DNA from: Candidatus Saccharimonadota bacterium | GTDB lineage: Bacteria; Patescibacteriota; Gracilibacteria; BD1-5; UBA2023 | DNA: 32,000 nt | Assembly: GCA_046350815.1 (NCBI GenBank) | Contig: JAXLZO010000001.1 | Location: 630,001-662,000, forward strand | Direction of reading: 5' to 3' | In this document: positions 1 to 11,205 of the stretch, one piece after another | Layout: the number at the start of each line of letters is the position of its first letter | Numbering within the stretch: position 1 is the first letter of the stretch | Made by a program: the position numbers and the translations under genes | The notes under the pieces: generated by a model | The model's database searches: none | Seen by the model: the letters and a program-made list of their open reading frames with translations, nothing else | Told to the model about the DNA's origin: nothing

Positions 1-1
1 G

Positions 2-634
2 GTGATACTCAGGAGCGAAGAATATCCGGATGCTTCATTTCTCACAGCTCAAGGTATCCAAGAACTTTGTATTCTCGATATTGATGAGAGATCAGGTTTT
101 GATACATTTTATGGATGAACATTGATCAAAGAATGAATCGACGTTCATCGAGAGGTGATTCCTTATCTGGGTATCAGAGATATTGGGGATTATGAAGCTT
201 ATGTTCTTACAAAGAACAAAGAATACCTCGCGAATCGTGTTCAGCAGAGAGAACTCTCGATCGCTGGAGGTGGCATGAATAAATACGAGCCATCATCCGG
301 AGGAAAGGTAAAAAATAGCACCTCGTCGCTACCGAGTGACGGAAAAAGTGACAATCAAATCTCAAAATGACAGGCGGGAGTTGCTATGGGAACACTTGCG
401 ATGCTCATGATTTTTCTCTTTATCATCGATATGAGAAATGGTGCACCCCTATTCGCCGATAAATCAAAATACAAGACTGGGAGTGGTGCTTCATCATCGA
501 GTCCATGGTCATCTGGAGGTCGTTGGACTTCTGGATCGAGTTCAAGTTCATCAAGTTACTCTTCGAGCTCAAGTAGTAGCTCGAAGAGTGTAAGTTCTTT
601 TGGCGGAGGCTGATTTTCTAAGTGAGGAGGGTAG
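2..634 (+). CDS. TPM-domain-like (YgcG-type) membrane protein, 5' partial
   Basis: The frame stays open from the window edge when TGA (116, 134, 368, 611, 623) is read as Gly, and ends at TAG 632-634. It has one TM helix (GTLAMLMIFLFII) followed by a Ser/Gly-rich tail ending GGGGFSKGGG. That layout is typical of YgcG/TPM proteins. Confidence 0.45.
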
Positions 635-635
635 T

Positions 636-1832
636 ATGCAAATAACACCACATATCTCACCACAACGTGAAATGGATACTCAATATGTCACAGAAAAAGT
701 AGAAGCTCTGTATGGAGATCTCAATCTCCCAAAAGACTATTTTGACTATGTGGATAATGAGGTATTTGTGAATTTGTCGTCCGAGGAAGATGAGAATCTT
801 CGAACTCTGGTGAGTCGTGTCGATGCGATCATGCGACAGGCATATATCTATGCCTATGAAGAGCGATATATTCGACTCGATGAATATCGTCCTTGGCTTG
901 ATCGTTTTCGTCAGGAATATCCCTACGATGAGCATTTCATAGCTCGCTATGATGCAGTATTTGATAAGAATGGTGTGATCAAATTTGTTGAGAATAATGC
1001 AAATACTCCTGGGATGCAATTAGAGTCGATGTATTTTAGTGATTGGCTCACTCCGGCTGGATATACGAGTCATGCAAATCGTATCCGATCGAGCATCCTT
1101 GATTTTTGGAGGCGAAAGAGAGATGAAAAATGACTCAAAAATATTGCTATTCTCACAGCCTACACATTCGAAGAAGAGGATCATCTTGTGTGTCGTACCT
1201 ATGCGGAAATACTCTCAGAAATCTTTGAGCCATCATCTTTGGTAGTAGGAGATATCTATGATATGCACATTGTTGACGGACAAGTTTTTGTTCGTTGAAT
1301 CCCCGTTGATGCTGTTCTTTCTTATTTTCCACTCGAATTCTTTTTGACAGATTATGAGTTTGCTGATGATTTCTTTCAGGTGGTATTCGATGGATGATGT
1401 TTCTTAGCAAATCCTATTGAATCAATCATTCTCCAGGATAAGTGACTCTTTGCAACGATTCATGAACACAAATCGAAATTTTCTGAGGAAGATCAGCTTA
1501 TTATCGAACAGCATATTCCCTATACACAGCGCAAGATGCCTGATTCGAGTGATGGATGGATTGCAAAATGGCGATTTGGGAGATACGGTCGTGAGATATA
1601 CAAAGCTCATTTTGAATGAGAAATCGTCGAAGAGTCTCATTATATTTATCAACAGTATTTTGAGCCGCAGAGTATCAATGACAAGAATGATTTCCTCGTA
1701 TTTTCCATCTATACGACGATGCGAGAGGTGCTTGGATATATCGTGCGTCGGCAATTTCGGCACACGACGGATGACAGAGATAATGTTGTAACGATGGTGT
1801 ATACGGATAATACAAAAAGCTTTATTTGATAA
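636..1832 (+). CDS. glutathionylspermidine synthase-like ATP-grasp amidoligase (YgiC/YjfC-type)
   Basis: ATG 636 follows GGAGG (626-630). Fragments 600-1133 and downstream join in frame 0 through TGA at 1131, 1296, 1395, 1443, 1617 and 1827; the stop is TAA 1830-1832. Family-like motifs: NNANTPGMQLES, PLEFFL, ANPIESIILQDKGLFATIHE, WIAKWRFGRYGREIY, YIYQQYF, and a C-terminal ...RRQFRHTTDDRDNVVTMVY. Confidence 0.7.
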
Positions 1833-2209
1833 TGATGTCTATGGAAATATTTATTTTAATAGCAATGGGTCTCATTTTTGGAGCACATAATGTAATTATC
1901 AAGCACTTCAAAGGAACTCATCGCACGATGATCATTGTCTGATTGATTGTCGGGTTTCTATCCCTCATATTTGGGATGGGTTGAATGATCGCTTTCTTTG
2001 TATTTTGTTTTGCATTTTATACGATGATGTGTGCATTTCGCCGAACCAAGAATTCAAATAATATTCCAGCTCTTCCGGTAATTTTTACCGTGATCACCTT
2101 CTTTATATTTATGTTTCTTGCAGCGGCATTTAATAGTATAGCTACATTTTTTCTTGCAAGCGTTTGCCTCTGTTATTGGTGAGTGCAATATATGTTTGCT
2201 ACAAAATAA
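1832..2209 (+). CDS. small integral membrane protein (125 aa), unknown function
   Basis: ATG 1832 overlaps the upstream TAA (TAATG). The frame runs through TGA at 1940, 1982 and 2180 to TAA 2207-2209. About 4 hydrophobic helices (MEIFILIAMGLIFGA, MIIVGLIVGFLSLIFGMGGMIAFFVFCFAF, VIFTVITFFIFMFLAAAF...). Confidence 0.5.
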
Positions 2210-2247
2210 CTTGTTTCTGATACGAAGTAAATTCTCGCTCAATTATC

Positions 2248-2562
2248 ATGTTTATGCATTTAGATCAGTTTAAAATACATTTCGGACTAGGTATTGCTAT
2301 TGTACTCAGTATCCTTGGGCTGTTTTTTGGTAATTATATTTTATTTTTTTCCGCTCTCATTACACTTGCTGTGACGTTTTTTTGACCAACAATTGCGTTG
2401 TTCTTCGTAATTTTTGGCTTCTCATTATGTTCAGAAGCTCCCATTATGGGAATGGTTGTGCTATCAATAATCATCGGCTGCTGAATATTTATACTCTCTC
2501 CATTTTCTTTCTGGGAAATTCTCTGAGACCTGATAAGAAGGCTTGCTCGCAGAGAATCTTAG
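2248..2562 (+). CDS. small integral membrane protein (104 aa), unknown function
   Basis: ATG 2248; in-frame TGA at 2383, 2482 and 2524; TAG 2560-2562. Hydrophobic throughout (GLGIAIVLSILGLFFGNYILFFSALITLAV...). Confidence 0.45.
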
Positions 2563-2606
2563 TTTTATTATATCTTTTTGATCCATTGGAAAATAATTTT
2601 CTTTTT

Positions 2607-3743
2607 ATGTCTCAATACTTCCTCACGATCAATGGCAAAGAGCTTTGACCATATGATGCAACTCTCTCTTCCGATGTATCCTACCAAGGAGATATTCGTC
2701 CATTTGTCTATGATCGAGCGACGCTCAATCTTCGATCCGATCAGGGATCATTTGCTCTTGGGGCTTCTTTCGGAGTCAATATGCTCGGTGCAAAGACACA
2801 AAAAATTGATGTTATCAATGAACAAAGTGGTGATTTTTTCACGCTTTTTGCGGATAATATCTACTCGACTACACCACAAGAGGGGAGTCTCGTAGTCATT
2901 GCGCGCATTGGTGATGAAATTCGTGCCTACGAAAAAGGGATCAAGAATGATATTCATCTTGAGATCGATGGAGACAAGACAGATATGACACCACTCGGTG
3001 CATATGAGATGTATGTTCGATACGATGATGATTACTACTATCCATACATTCTGAACTCATCATATCAGAACACCAAGAAAGTAGAAAAATTCTTTGATTA
3101 CTATGGCTATCGATCCTACGAAGATAGCGAGGGGGGCAAGCATTTTATACTCTTTATCGAGGATATTCGCTCGACAGAATCGAAACCGTACTGGTATTTT
3201 ACTGATAATTTTGTTCAGATTTCTGAGAATATTGTTCTCTCAGAAGAAGAATATGTTGAAACATGGGAGATCACAGCCTCAGGTGATATTACCTTTGTTG
3301 TCACCAGCGGTGCGAACTATTATGTTGATCGATCAACCGGTAAATACTACCAAGGAACCCTCGCATCGAGACCGGTATCCAGCTTCAGCTATACTCGAGT
3401 ATTCGAAGATACAGACAGTGAATATGTGATCGCGAAGAATGAAAAATGAACATTTATTATCGACTCAACGATCAATAATCTCTCCCCAGAAAAAGAAAAA
3501 ACACTTCGATATTTTCAGGATTTTTACTGGTGCCTTTCTCCGAGTGAAGCAAATGAGAACGCTCCACGATTTCTTATGCTTACTTTTGATAATCAGATTG
3601 TTCTTACGGATGAATCCGGGGTAACCATTGCTGGTACAGACCTTATGCCAGATAGACTTATCGTATCAGCATCGATAGAATCAGATGTTCTCAAGGTATC
3701 ATTTGAAGATGGAGAGGCTCGCAGCTATTTTGTCGGCGTTTAA
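2607..3743 (+). CDS. hypothetical protein (378 aa), soluble, Tyr/Asp-rich
   Basis: ATG 2607. Frame 0 joins the 2781-3449 ORF upstream through TGA 2646 and downstream through TGA 3447, ending at TAA 3741-3743. I checked codon by codon and found no TAA/TAG. No motif I recognise. Confidence 0.6.
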
Positions 3744-3745
3744 CT

Positions 3746-4834
3746 ATGCAAACTCAATCACGAAAATATACGCTAATATCCCCATGGTTTGATGGGATAT
3801 TTTTTTGGTCAGCACTTCCTATTGTTCTGATTGTGACAGGTGTATTTGAACTTTTTGCTCCAGAGATGATTCATCCTGGATACTATCCTCTCTGGTTCTT
3901 TTTATTGGTTCTCTTGGTGGATGTTTCTCACGTATGGTGAAGCCTCTTTCGAGTACTTGCCGCACCTACATTGAGTCGCGGATATCGGACTCTCATTGCA
4001 GCTATACCGATCATTTCATTCATTGTGCTGCTGATATTGGCATATAGTTCACAACGAGAAGGATTCTTTCTTCTTTTTCAGGTGCTTGCTCTCATTGCTG
4101 CGTATCATTTTATTAAGCAGCAAATTGGTATCACTCTTCTCTATGCCCGAAGAGATTATACTCCGCAAAAGATGGATCATACATGGTTACGAAGACTTGA
4201 TAAAATGGCCTTATGGATGGCAACAGGAATACCGCTTGCATACTGGATATCGCGCTCGAGTGATATTGATTTGGAGTGGTTTGTGGATGGTGAGTTTGAT
4301 TTTCTCTCTCCGTTCTTCGCACGATTCGACCTGCTTTCACTCGTTGCGATCCTGCTGAGTTTGATTTATATTCTCTCGCAGATGTATTTTATAAAGGGAG
4401 AATGATATCGCCCGAATCCACTCAAATATCTTTATATCCTCATGACGGCTTTTATCTGGTGATGGGGGATTATCGTATATGAGAGTTTTGTGATCTTTGG
4501 TTGTGGCGTTATGTTGCTGCACGGGATTGCCTATCACGGATTGGTGATATCGAGCGTCACAAGACGAAAATCTGACTGGTCAAAAATATCGCGAATACTA
4601 CTTGGAATTTGAGTTTTTCTCCTAGTTATAACCCTTGCATACATTGAAGAATTTAGCTGGGATCAATTTGTATGGCGAGAACATGCAAATGTTTTTGGTG
4701 ATGTGTTCTACACTATCTCCACGAAGGATATATTACCAATCATTGTTGCAGGACTTGCGAGCATTCAACTGACTCACTACATTCTTGATCGCTATATTTG
4801 GCGAAAGGAATTTGGTGAGGTGATTGAGAAATAG
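3746..4834 (+). CDS. multi-pass membrane protein (362 aa), unknown function
   Basis: ATG 3746 lies 3 nt after the upstream stop. Fragments 3746-3940 and 3971-4405 plus the tail join through TGA 3938, 4403, 4460 and 4610, ending at TAG 4832-4834. Eight or more hydrophobic segments, with conserved-looking His (LLHGIAYHG, QLTHYILDRYIWR). Confidence 0.65.
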
Positions 4835-4863
4835 ATTTTTAATTTACTATTGATTTTTGTTCT

Positions 4864-5355
4864 ATGACAACTCACAATATTTCCGATTTAGCTCCCCTGT
4901 TCTGATTTTTGAGATTAAGATGGTATTATCTTTTTCTCTGTATATGTTGGTGAATTTTTCTTTGAGTCCATTTGTTCGGATATATTCCCTTAGATGATTG
5001 AATAATTGATGTACTTACTACCATTTCTTTTGGCTATCTGATGATTGGAAATATTGCCTATTTGGTTATTAAAGATGAACATTCAAATCAAGAGGTTTTA
5101 AAGTTCAAAACCTCGGTAGTATTGTGAGTATTTTTCTTAAGGGTAATAATTACGGTGTTTATTTTTATGGGCATGTCGATTGGCTCATTTATTATGAGTG
5201 CGATTTATGGTGGAAGTTATCTTGTTTTCTTTTTGAACTTTTCTCTTTTTGTTGCTATGCTCTTTGGTTGGATTGGTCTGAATACTGTCTTTAAAAAAAC
5301 TATGACAATTCCATCAAAGATATCTTATCTTTTTGACTCCAGCTTGATTCCATAA
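4864..5355 (+). CDS. hypothetical membrane protein (163 aa)
   Basis: ATG 4864 extends ORF 5155-5355 upstream through 5 in-frame TGA (4903, 4951, 4963, 4999, 5125). The product is hydrophobic. The high TGA density and lack of any motif keep confidence low. Confidence 0.4.
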
Positions 5356-5397
5356 GTGAGCGTTTAGTATTTGAAGAACAGAGTATTGAAGAAATAC

Positions 5398-5778
5398 TTA
5401 TTCTAGCAGAAATGATTCATAAGAAAATATTCTTCTTGGTACGATTTCGATATTTTCTTGTTCCTCTCTCGAATATGCAGACAAAATCTTATGTGCAAAA
5501 GCTTGTTTGAGGTCTTTTTGAAAAAACACGTCACATTCTGTGAACTCTAAAAATACAGTTGATATCTCAGATGGGTGATCGTCAGATTCAGATCAGTGAT
5601 GCAAAATACCAACTAAATGAGGAATGAATACTGAGGAATACGATCTCATTTCAGAAAATACGTCTTGATCAATGTTTGCAGCAATTCCAGAATCTCCAAA
5701 AGATATTAATGAAATAATAAATGAGTAAGTAGAATACATTAAACACATCTTTTGACTTTTCCTCCTCTCTAAATACAA
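5398..5778 (-). CDS. hypothetical protein (126 aa)
   Basis: Minus ORF 5593-5778 continues through TGA (complement of 5593-5595) to TAA (complement of 5398-5400). Acidic C-terminal half; no recognisable motif. Confidence 0.3.
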
Positions 5779-5802
5779 TACTCGCGTCTTTTTGGGATTG
5801 CC

Positions 5803-5830
5803 TTGTCATCAGGGCAATTTTCTCTATAAT
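5803..5830 (+). promoter_or_regulatory. sigma70-like promoter upstream of fusA
   Basis: TTGTCA (5803-5808), a 16-nt spacer, then TATAAT (5825-5830), about 30 nt upstream of the fusA ATG. Confidence 0.45.
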
Positions 5831-5860
5831 CCCAAAGCAAAATTTTTAATCTCTTTTCGT

Positions 5861-8002
5861 ATGGCGATCTCAAAAGATCTCAAGAATATCCGAAACTTCG
5901 GTATCTGTGCTCATATCGATGCTGGTAAGACTACTACATCGGAGCGTATTTTGTTCTACTCTGGAAAATCTCATAAAATCGGTGAAGTTCACGATGGTGA
6001 GGCAACTATGGACTGGATGGAGCAAGAGCGAGAGCGCGGTATTACTATTACTTCTGCTGCGACGACAACAGAGTGGAAGGGAATTCAGCTTAATCTTATC
6101 GATACCCCAGGGCACGTAGATTTTACGATCGAGGTAGAACGTTCTATGCGTGTACTTGATGGTGCAGTTGCTGTATTTGATAGCTCTCAGGGTGTTGAGC
6201 CTCAGTCTGAGACCGTTTGGAAGCAGGCAGATAAGTATGATGTTCCTCGTATTGCTTTTGCGAATAAGATGGACAAGACAGGTGCATCATTCAACATGAC
6301 GTACGAGTCTATTATCAAACGTCTTGCTGGTAACAAAGTTCTTCGAATCCAGATGCCAATCGGTGAGGAATCAGATTTTAGTGGAATCATCGATCTCGTT
6401 GCTATGAAGGCATATGAGTTCGAAGGGAAGATGGGTGAGAAGGTTGTTGAGATTGCTATTCCTGCACATCTTCAGGCAGAAGCAGACAAGCTCCATGCAG
6501 AGCTCGTAGAGCGTGCAGCTGAGCAAGATGAAGAGCTCATGAATAAATTCTTTGAAAATGGAACTCTTGAGCTCGCAGATATCAAGAAAGGTCTTCGTAA
6601 GGGTGTGATTTCAAGTTCTCTCTATCCTCTTCTCTGCGGTTCTTCACTTATGAACAAGGGTGTTCAGCTTGTTCTCGATGCAGTTGTGGATTACCTCCCT
6701 TCTCCAATGGATGTAAACAATGGTACTATTACTGGTACTGATCCAGATGATGAAACTAAGGAGATTACTCTTAAACAAGACCCAAAAGAACCTCTTGCAG
6801 CTATTGCCTTCAAGGTAATGACAGATCCGTTCGTAGGTCGTATTACGTTCGTTCGTGTTTACTCTGGTACACTCACTTCTGGTTCATATGTATACAACTC
6901 TGTATCAGGACAGAAAGAGCGTATCGGACGTCTCCTCCAAATGCATTCAAATCAACGTCAAGAGATCGAAGAGATTCCGGCTGGTAATATTGGTGCTGTT
7001 ATTGGTCTTAAGGATACAAAGACAGGTGATACACTCTGTGATGAAAATGCACATATTGTTCTCGAGCGAATGGTATTCCCAGAGCCAGTTATCTCTATCT
7101 CTGTAGAACCAAAGACCAAGGCAGATCAGGAAAAAATGGGTATGGCTCTCAACAAGCTCGCAGAAGAAGATCCTACCTTCCGTGTTAGCTCCAATACTGA
7201 GACCGGTCAGACGATTATCGCAGGTATGGGTGAACTTCACCTTGAGATTCTCGTTGATCGTATGAAGCGTGAGTTCAAGGTTGAGGCAAACACCGGTGCT
7301 CCACAGGTAGCATACCGTGAGACATTTACACAAGCAGTTATCGATCAAGAAACGAAGCATCAGAAGCAAACTGGTGGTCGTGGACAGTATGGTCATGTTG
7401 TAATGACATTCGAGCCGATTACTCCTGAGATGCGTCAAGCTGATCCAGAAGCACTCAAGGAAGAGAATGTATTCGTGAACAAAATCGTTGGTGGTGTGGT
7501 CCCTCGTGAATATATCCCAGGTATCGAAAAGGGTCTCAAAGCTGCATACTCTCGTGGTGTGATCGCTGGATACCCAATCGTTGATGTGAAGGCAACGCTC
7601 ACCTTTGGTAGCTACCATGATGTTGACTCGAATGAACTCTCGTTTAAGCTTGCTGCGTCAAAGTGTTTCCGTGAAGCATCAAAGAAAGCAAAACCAGCAC
7701 TTCTTGAGCCGGTAATGCTCGTAGAGGTGAATACTCCAGAAGAGTATATGGGTGAAGTTCTCGGTGGACTCAACTCAAAGCGTGGTCAGATCATCGAGAT
7801 GACAGAACGTGGTCTCGCGAAGATTATCCGAGCACATGTACCTCTCTCTGAGATGTTCGGATATGCAACAGACCTCCGATCTTCATCTCAAGGTCGAGCA
7901 ACCTACGTTATGGAATTCGCTCATTACTCTCAAGTACCAAACAATATTACTGAGAAGATCCGAGCAGAACGTGGTGTGAAATTCGAAGAAGATGATGAAT
8001 AG
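5861..8002 (+). CDS. fusA: translation elongation factor G
   Basis: [33 protein letters not shown]..., [13 protein letters not shown], and full-length EF-G domain order (713 aa). ATG 5861, TAG 8000-8002. It contains no in-frame TGA at all. Confidence 0.97.
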   Translation: MAISKDLKNIRNFGICAHIDAGKTTTSERILFYSGKSHKIGEVHDGEATMDWMEQERERGITITSAATTTEWKGIQLNLIDTPGHVDFTIEVERSMRVLDGAVAVFDSSQGVEPQSETVWKQADKYDVPRIAFANKMDKTGASFNMTYESIIKRLAGNKVLRIQMPIGEESDFSGIIDLVAMKAYEFEGKMGEKVVEIAIPAHLQAEADKLHAELVERAAEQDEELMNKFFENGTLELADIKKGLRKGVISSSLYPLLCGSSLMNKGVQLVLDAVVDYLPSPMDVNNGTITGTDPDDETKEITLKQDPKEPLAAIAFKVMTDPFVGRITFVRVYSGTLTSGSYVYNSVSGQKERIGRLLQMHSNQRQEIEEIPAGNIGAVIGLKDTKTGDTLCDENAHIVLERMVFPEPVISISVEPKTKADQEKMGMALNKLAEEDPTFRVSSNTETGQTIIAGMGELHLEILVDRMKREFKVEANTGAPQVAYRETFTQAVIDQETKHQKQTGGRGQYGHVVMTFEPITPEMRQADPEALKEENVFVNKIVGGVVPREYIPGIEKGLKAAYSRGVIAGYPIVDVKATLTFGSYHDVDSNELSFKLAASKCFREASKKAKPALLEPVMLVEVNTPEEYMGEVLGGLNSKRGQIIEMTERGLAKIIRAHVPLSEMFGYATDLRSSSQGRATYVMEFAHYSQVPNNITEKIRAERGVKFEEDDE

Positions 8003-8010
8003 CAGTCAAT

Positions 8011-8045
8011 AATAATAAATCCCCCAATCTGGGGGATTTATTATT
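8011..8045 (+). terminator. intrinsic terminator hairpin after fusA
   Basis: Perfect 15-bp stem aataataaatccccc / gggggatttattatt with a 5-nt loop, flanked by A/T runs. Confidence 0.75.
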
Positions 8046-8158
8046 ATTGTGAACGAGATATTTGCATAGTATCTTCTCAATTATCCGTATGTGCATGATG
8101 AGTACAATTGATTTCTTGCATTTTTTACAAGAATATGATGTAATAGACCCTCGAGTAT

Positions 8159-11092
8159 ATGAATACTACAAATAGCACCATAACCGTCACACAAAATCAT
8201 AATCATTCCGCAAATACATTTAATGATTCCAATACGGTGGATTTTGAGCAATACATAGAGCAAGTCAAAGCAATGGTCTGACAGGTTATACATGAAGAAG
8301 CAAAGGAAGATATACCATTATCTGACGATACTCCTATTGATTTGTCGAATATGAGCGATGAGGAGATTGAGGTATATGCAGAAACCATTAAAGAAAATCC
8401 ATGGATGTTCTTGTCCATCTGAAAGTATCTTCCGAAACCTCAACATCGTAACCTTCTTGAATCCTTGTTACAAGATGAAAATATAAGTGAGGTTTTTGAA
8501 AATCTAGCCCAATATTTAGATATCCCATGGCTTGATATATCTGATCAGCAGTATCTCCATACAAATATTATAGGAAAGTTATTAGCTCATAATAAGCCTA
8601 TAATTAACTATTGGCGAAAGTCATGAGTGGATTTGATTTTGGACAATTTTGATAAATTTATCGGAATCGAATCATATCATAAGAGGATAGTAGATCAGCT
8701 ATGGACAGAGTGAAAAAAATACAAAGTTATTCATAATATCAAGAAATTCAGAAATATTGATGAGTACTATGGGGAAATATTAGCATTCTGTATAGAGCAA
8801 GATGACACAGATAATGTAGCTGAAGAATGCATATACTTTATACTCTCTCAACCAGCTTTTATACCATCAAAAGAATTTATCAATACATGTCTATCAAAAC
8901 AGTTATATGCTTATTTGATAAAAATTGCCGATAAATATGATGAGGATTTTGCTCAGAATATAGCCAATCGTATTTTGAGTAATAAAAAAGACTGGCATAT
9001 TTTATTCGAGCATAGAGATATATTTGATTTTGTCGATTATCGAGAGATCGCTCAACAATTGATAAATGCATGATATTACGAGTTTCTCATAGATATACTT
9101 GATAAAACTCCTGAAATTGAGCAACTCCACAGAGAAATTGTTATGAAGATGTTGCATGATGATTGTCGAATAAGTTTACTTCCAGAATATCTCGAAAAGT
9201 TTCATAATATTGAAGACCTTCATCCACAGATCGCAAATAAACTTATTGAAAAAGGTTATCACCATAACTTTCTCCCATATCTTTATAAATTTGTTGGCGT
9301 TGATGAAGTTGCCATCGCCCTTCGGATGATCGAACAAAATAGTGCTGATAGATTTTTGCATTACTTTAATCCTCAAGCATTGCAAAATTATGAATGAAAA
9401 TGATTTAACAGATCATTATTTCAGAAAGAAGATATGAGAAATATTATCAAAGCTATTGTAAACAGAGGGGAATATGGATTGTTAGCTCAAAATATTCATA
9501 TTCTCCCTGAGATTGACCCGTTGAAATTTGCCCATCATTTGCTAGATATTAAAGAATTTCAAGCGCTTGCATATGCTCTTGGTAATTTTCAGTGATTAGG
9601 GTACGAAGAGTTGATGACCCTTTTTTGCCATGGATATGGAAGTGATATTTCCCATGATATAAAAAGTTTTACAAATCTCGATCCAAAAGTGCAAAGATTT
9701 TTTCAAAAGCTCAAATGAAAAGTGTCAGATCAACTAATCGTGGGGAAGCTTTCTCGATTTTCTGATCGAGTGAAAAACTTAAGGGAAATGCTTGACTATA
9801 TGCTTGTATACAAACAATGAGCTATTGTTCCATTTATACAAAAAATAACGGATGCTTGGGATATGTGAATGCAGACGAATTTTTGAGCATTGAGCCATCT
9901 TACTGATACTCAATGGATCGATGGAAAAGAAACAACATATGTAAAAGAACATCTTCTCAAGAATTTCGAAAAACTGCTGGCTATAACGAATGATACAGGA
10001 AAAGAAAAGAAAATGCAGTCCTTTCAGCAATATCTCTCAAGTGTCAAAAACTTTGATGCAACAAATATTGTACTCCTCCAAAAGCAATATGAACCAGTTG
10101 TTATTAAGTATTTTGAGAGAATTTTGGATCATAAATTATATACGACTATCAAATCACATCTTTGAGATATTTGATCAGAATTGATTTCAAGACCTCTGCA
10201 GAATCGTAATTTTATCGAGATATTTAAAATGTATCTCAAGACTCCTATCAATAAAGAACAATTTAAAAGCATCTTGCAAGCATATATCAACAACGAGAGT
10301 ATTGAGGATGTAAAAAAACTGCTTGATAATCCAAAAAATAATGAATGGAGATCAAAAATGGAAGACCAATGAATGGATATGTCATATTTCCTTCAAGAAC
10401 ATAGACAGACCTTTCAGATTCAGAAGGATGAAGAACATTCCCATGATCAGGATATCCAGTATTTTTATGGAATTGCCAAAGGTTATATGCAGCAATTAGG
10501 ATATAACGATGAAATTCAAACCGTTGAGGATCTTGTTTCAGTTTTTCAAAGAGAATGGAAACCAAAAGAAAATCAGGAGTTGATTTACCAAAAATCTTGA
10601 TTCACACAAAGTGAATTTGATCAAATTTTTGCAAATATAGAGCTACAAGTTCGATCCATACAAGAACTATTTCATTCACAAAAAGCGAAAAATATAACGT
10701 CAATTACTCTATACCGAGAGACTAATCCTATGCGTGTTTTGATGATGGGAAACTGGGTAGATGGAAGTTGTCTGAGTTTTTATTCCTCCGTTGGTAATTT
10801 TTGGTCAACTGCCATCAATGCTCTAGATATCAATAAAAGTGTTTTTTACTTTGAAGACCAAAATGGAAATATAATTGGTCGTGTATTGGTAGCAATTGAT
10901 AATAATTGAAATCTTCTCCGTTTTCATGTGTACAAAAAAGGAAATATCTCAATCAATCTTGATCAGTATTTTGATCCATATATTCGAGATATTGTACAAA
11001 AATCTAGTATGTGAATGAATGGAGATGTTGAATTGGTAGACTTATTGAATGGAGAAAAGTGGTATAAGGATCCTGTTTATGTTATAAAATAG
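8159..11092 (+). CDS. large hypothetical protein (977 aa), helical-repeat-like with a Cys/Trp-containing C-terminal domain
   Basis: A single frame-2 ORF from ATG 8159 to TAG 11090-11092. I checked every codon: 18 in-frame TGA and no TAA/TAG. It absorbs track ORFs 9143-9397, 9890-10165, 10181-10372 and 10373-10600. A possible promoter is TTGCAT (8116-8121), 17 nt, TGTAAT (8139-8144). Confidence 0.7.
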
Positions 11093-11205
11093 AATACATA
11101 ATCATCTAAGTCGCTCCCATAGCATAATGAGAGATTGATTTTTTATACACTTGCAATCTTTCAAAATCTGCTACTATACGAGAGTTTATCCACTCATTTT
11201 TTCGT

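Noticed and set aside
657-1791. ORFs 657-1019(-), 1153-1410(-), 1417-1791(+) and 1422-1763(-).
   Set aside because: They overlap the GspS-like gene in wrong frames or on the wrong strand. The frame-0 translation carries the family motifs across the whole span.
6947-7618. 223-aa minus-strand ORF inside fusA.
   Set aside because: It is antisense to a clearly genuine EF-G gene and has a low-complexity, non-protein-like translation.
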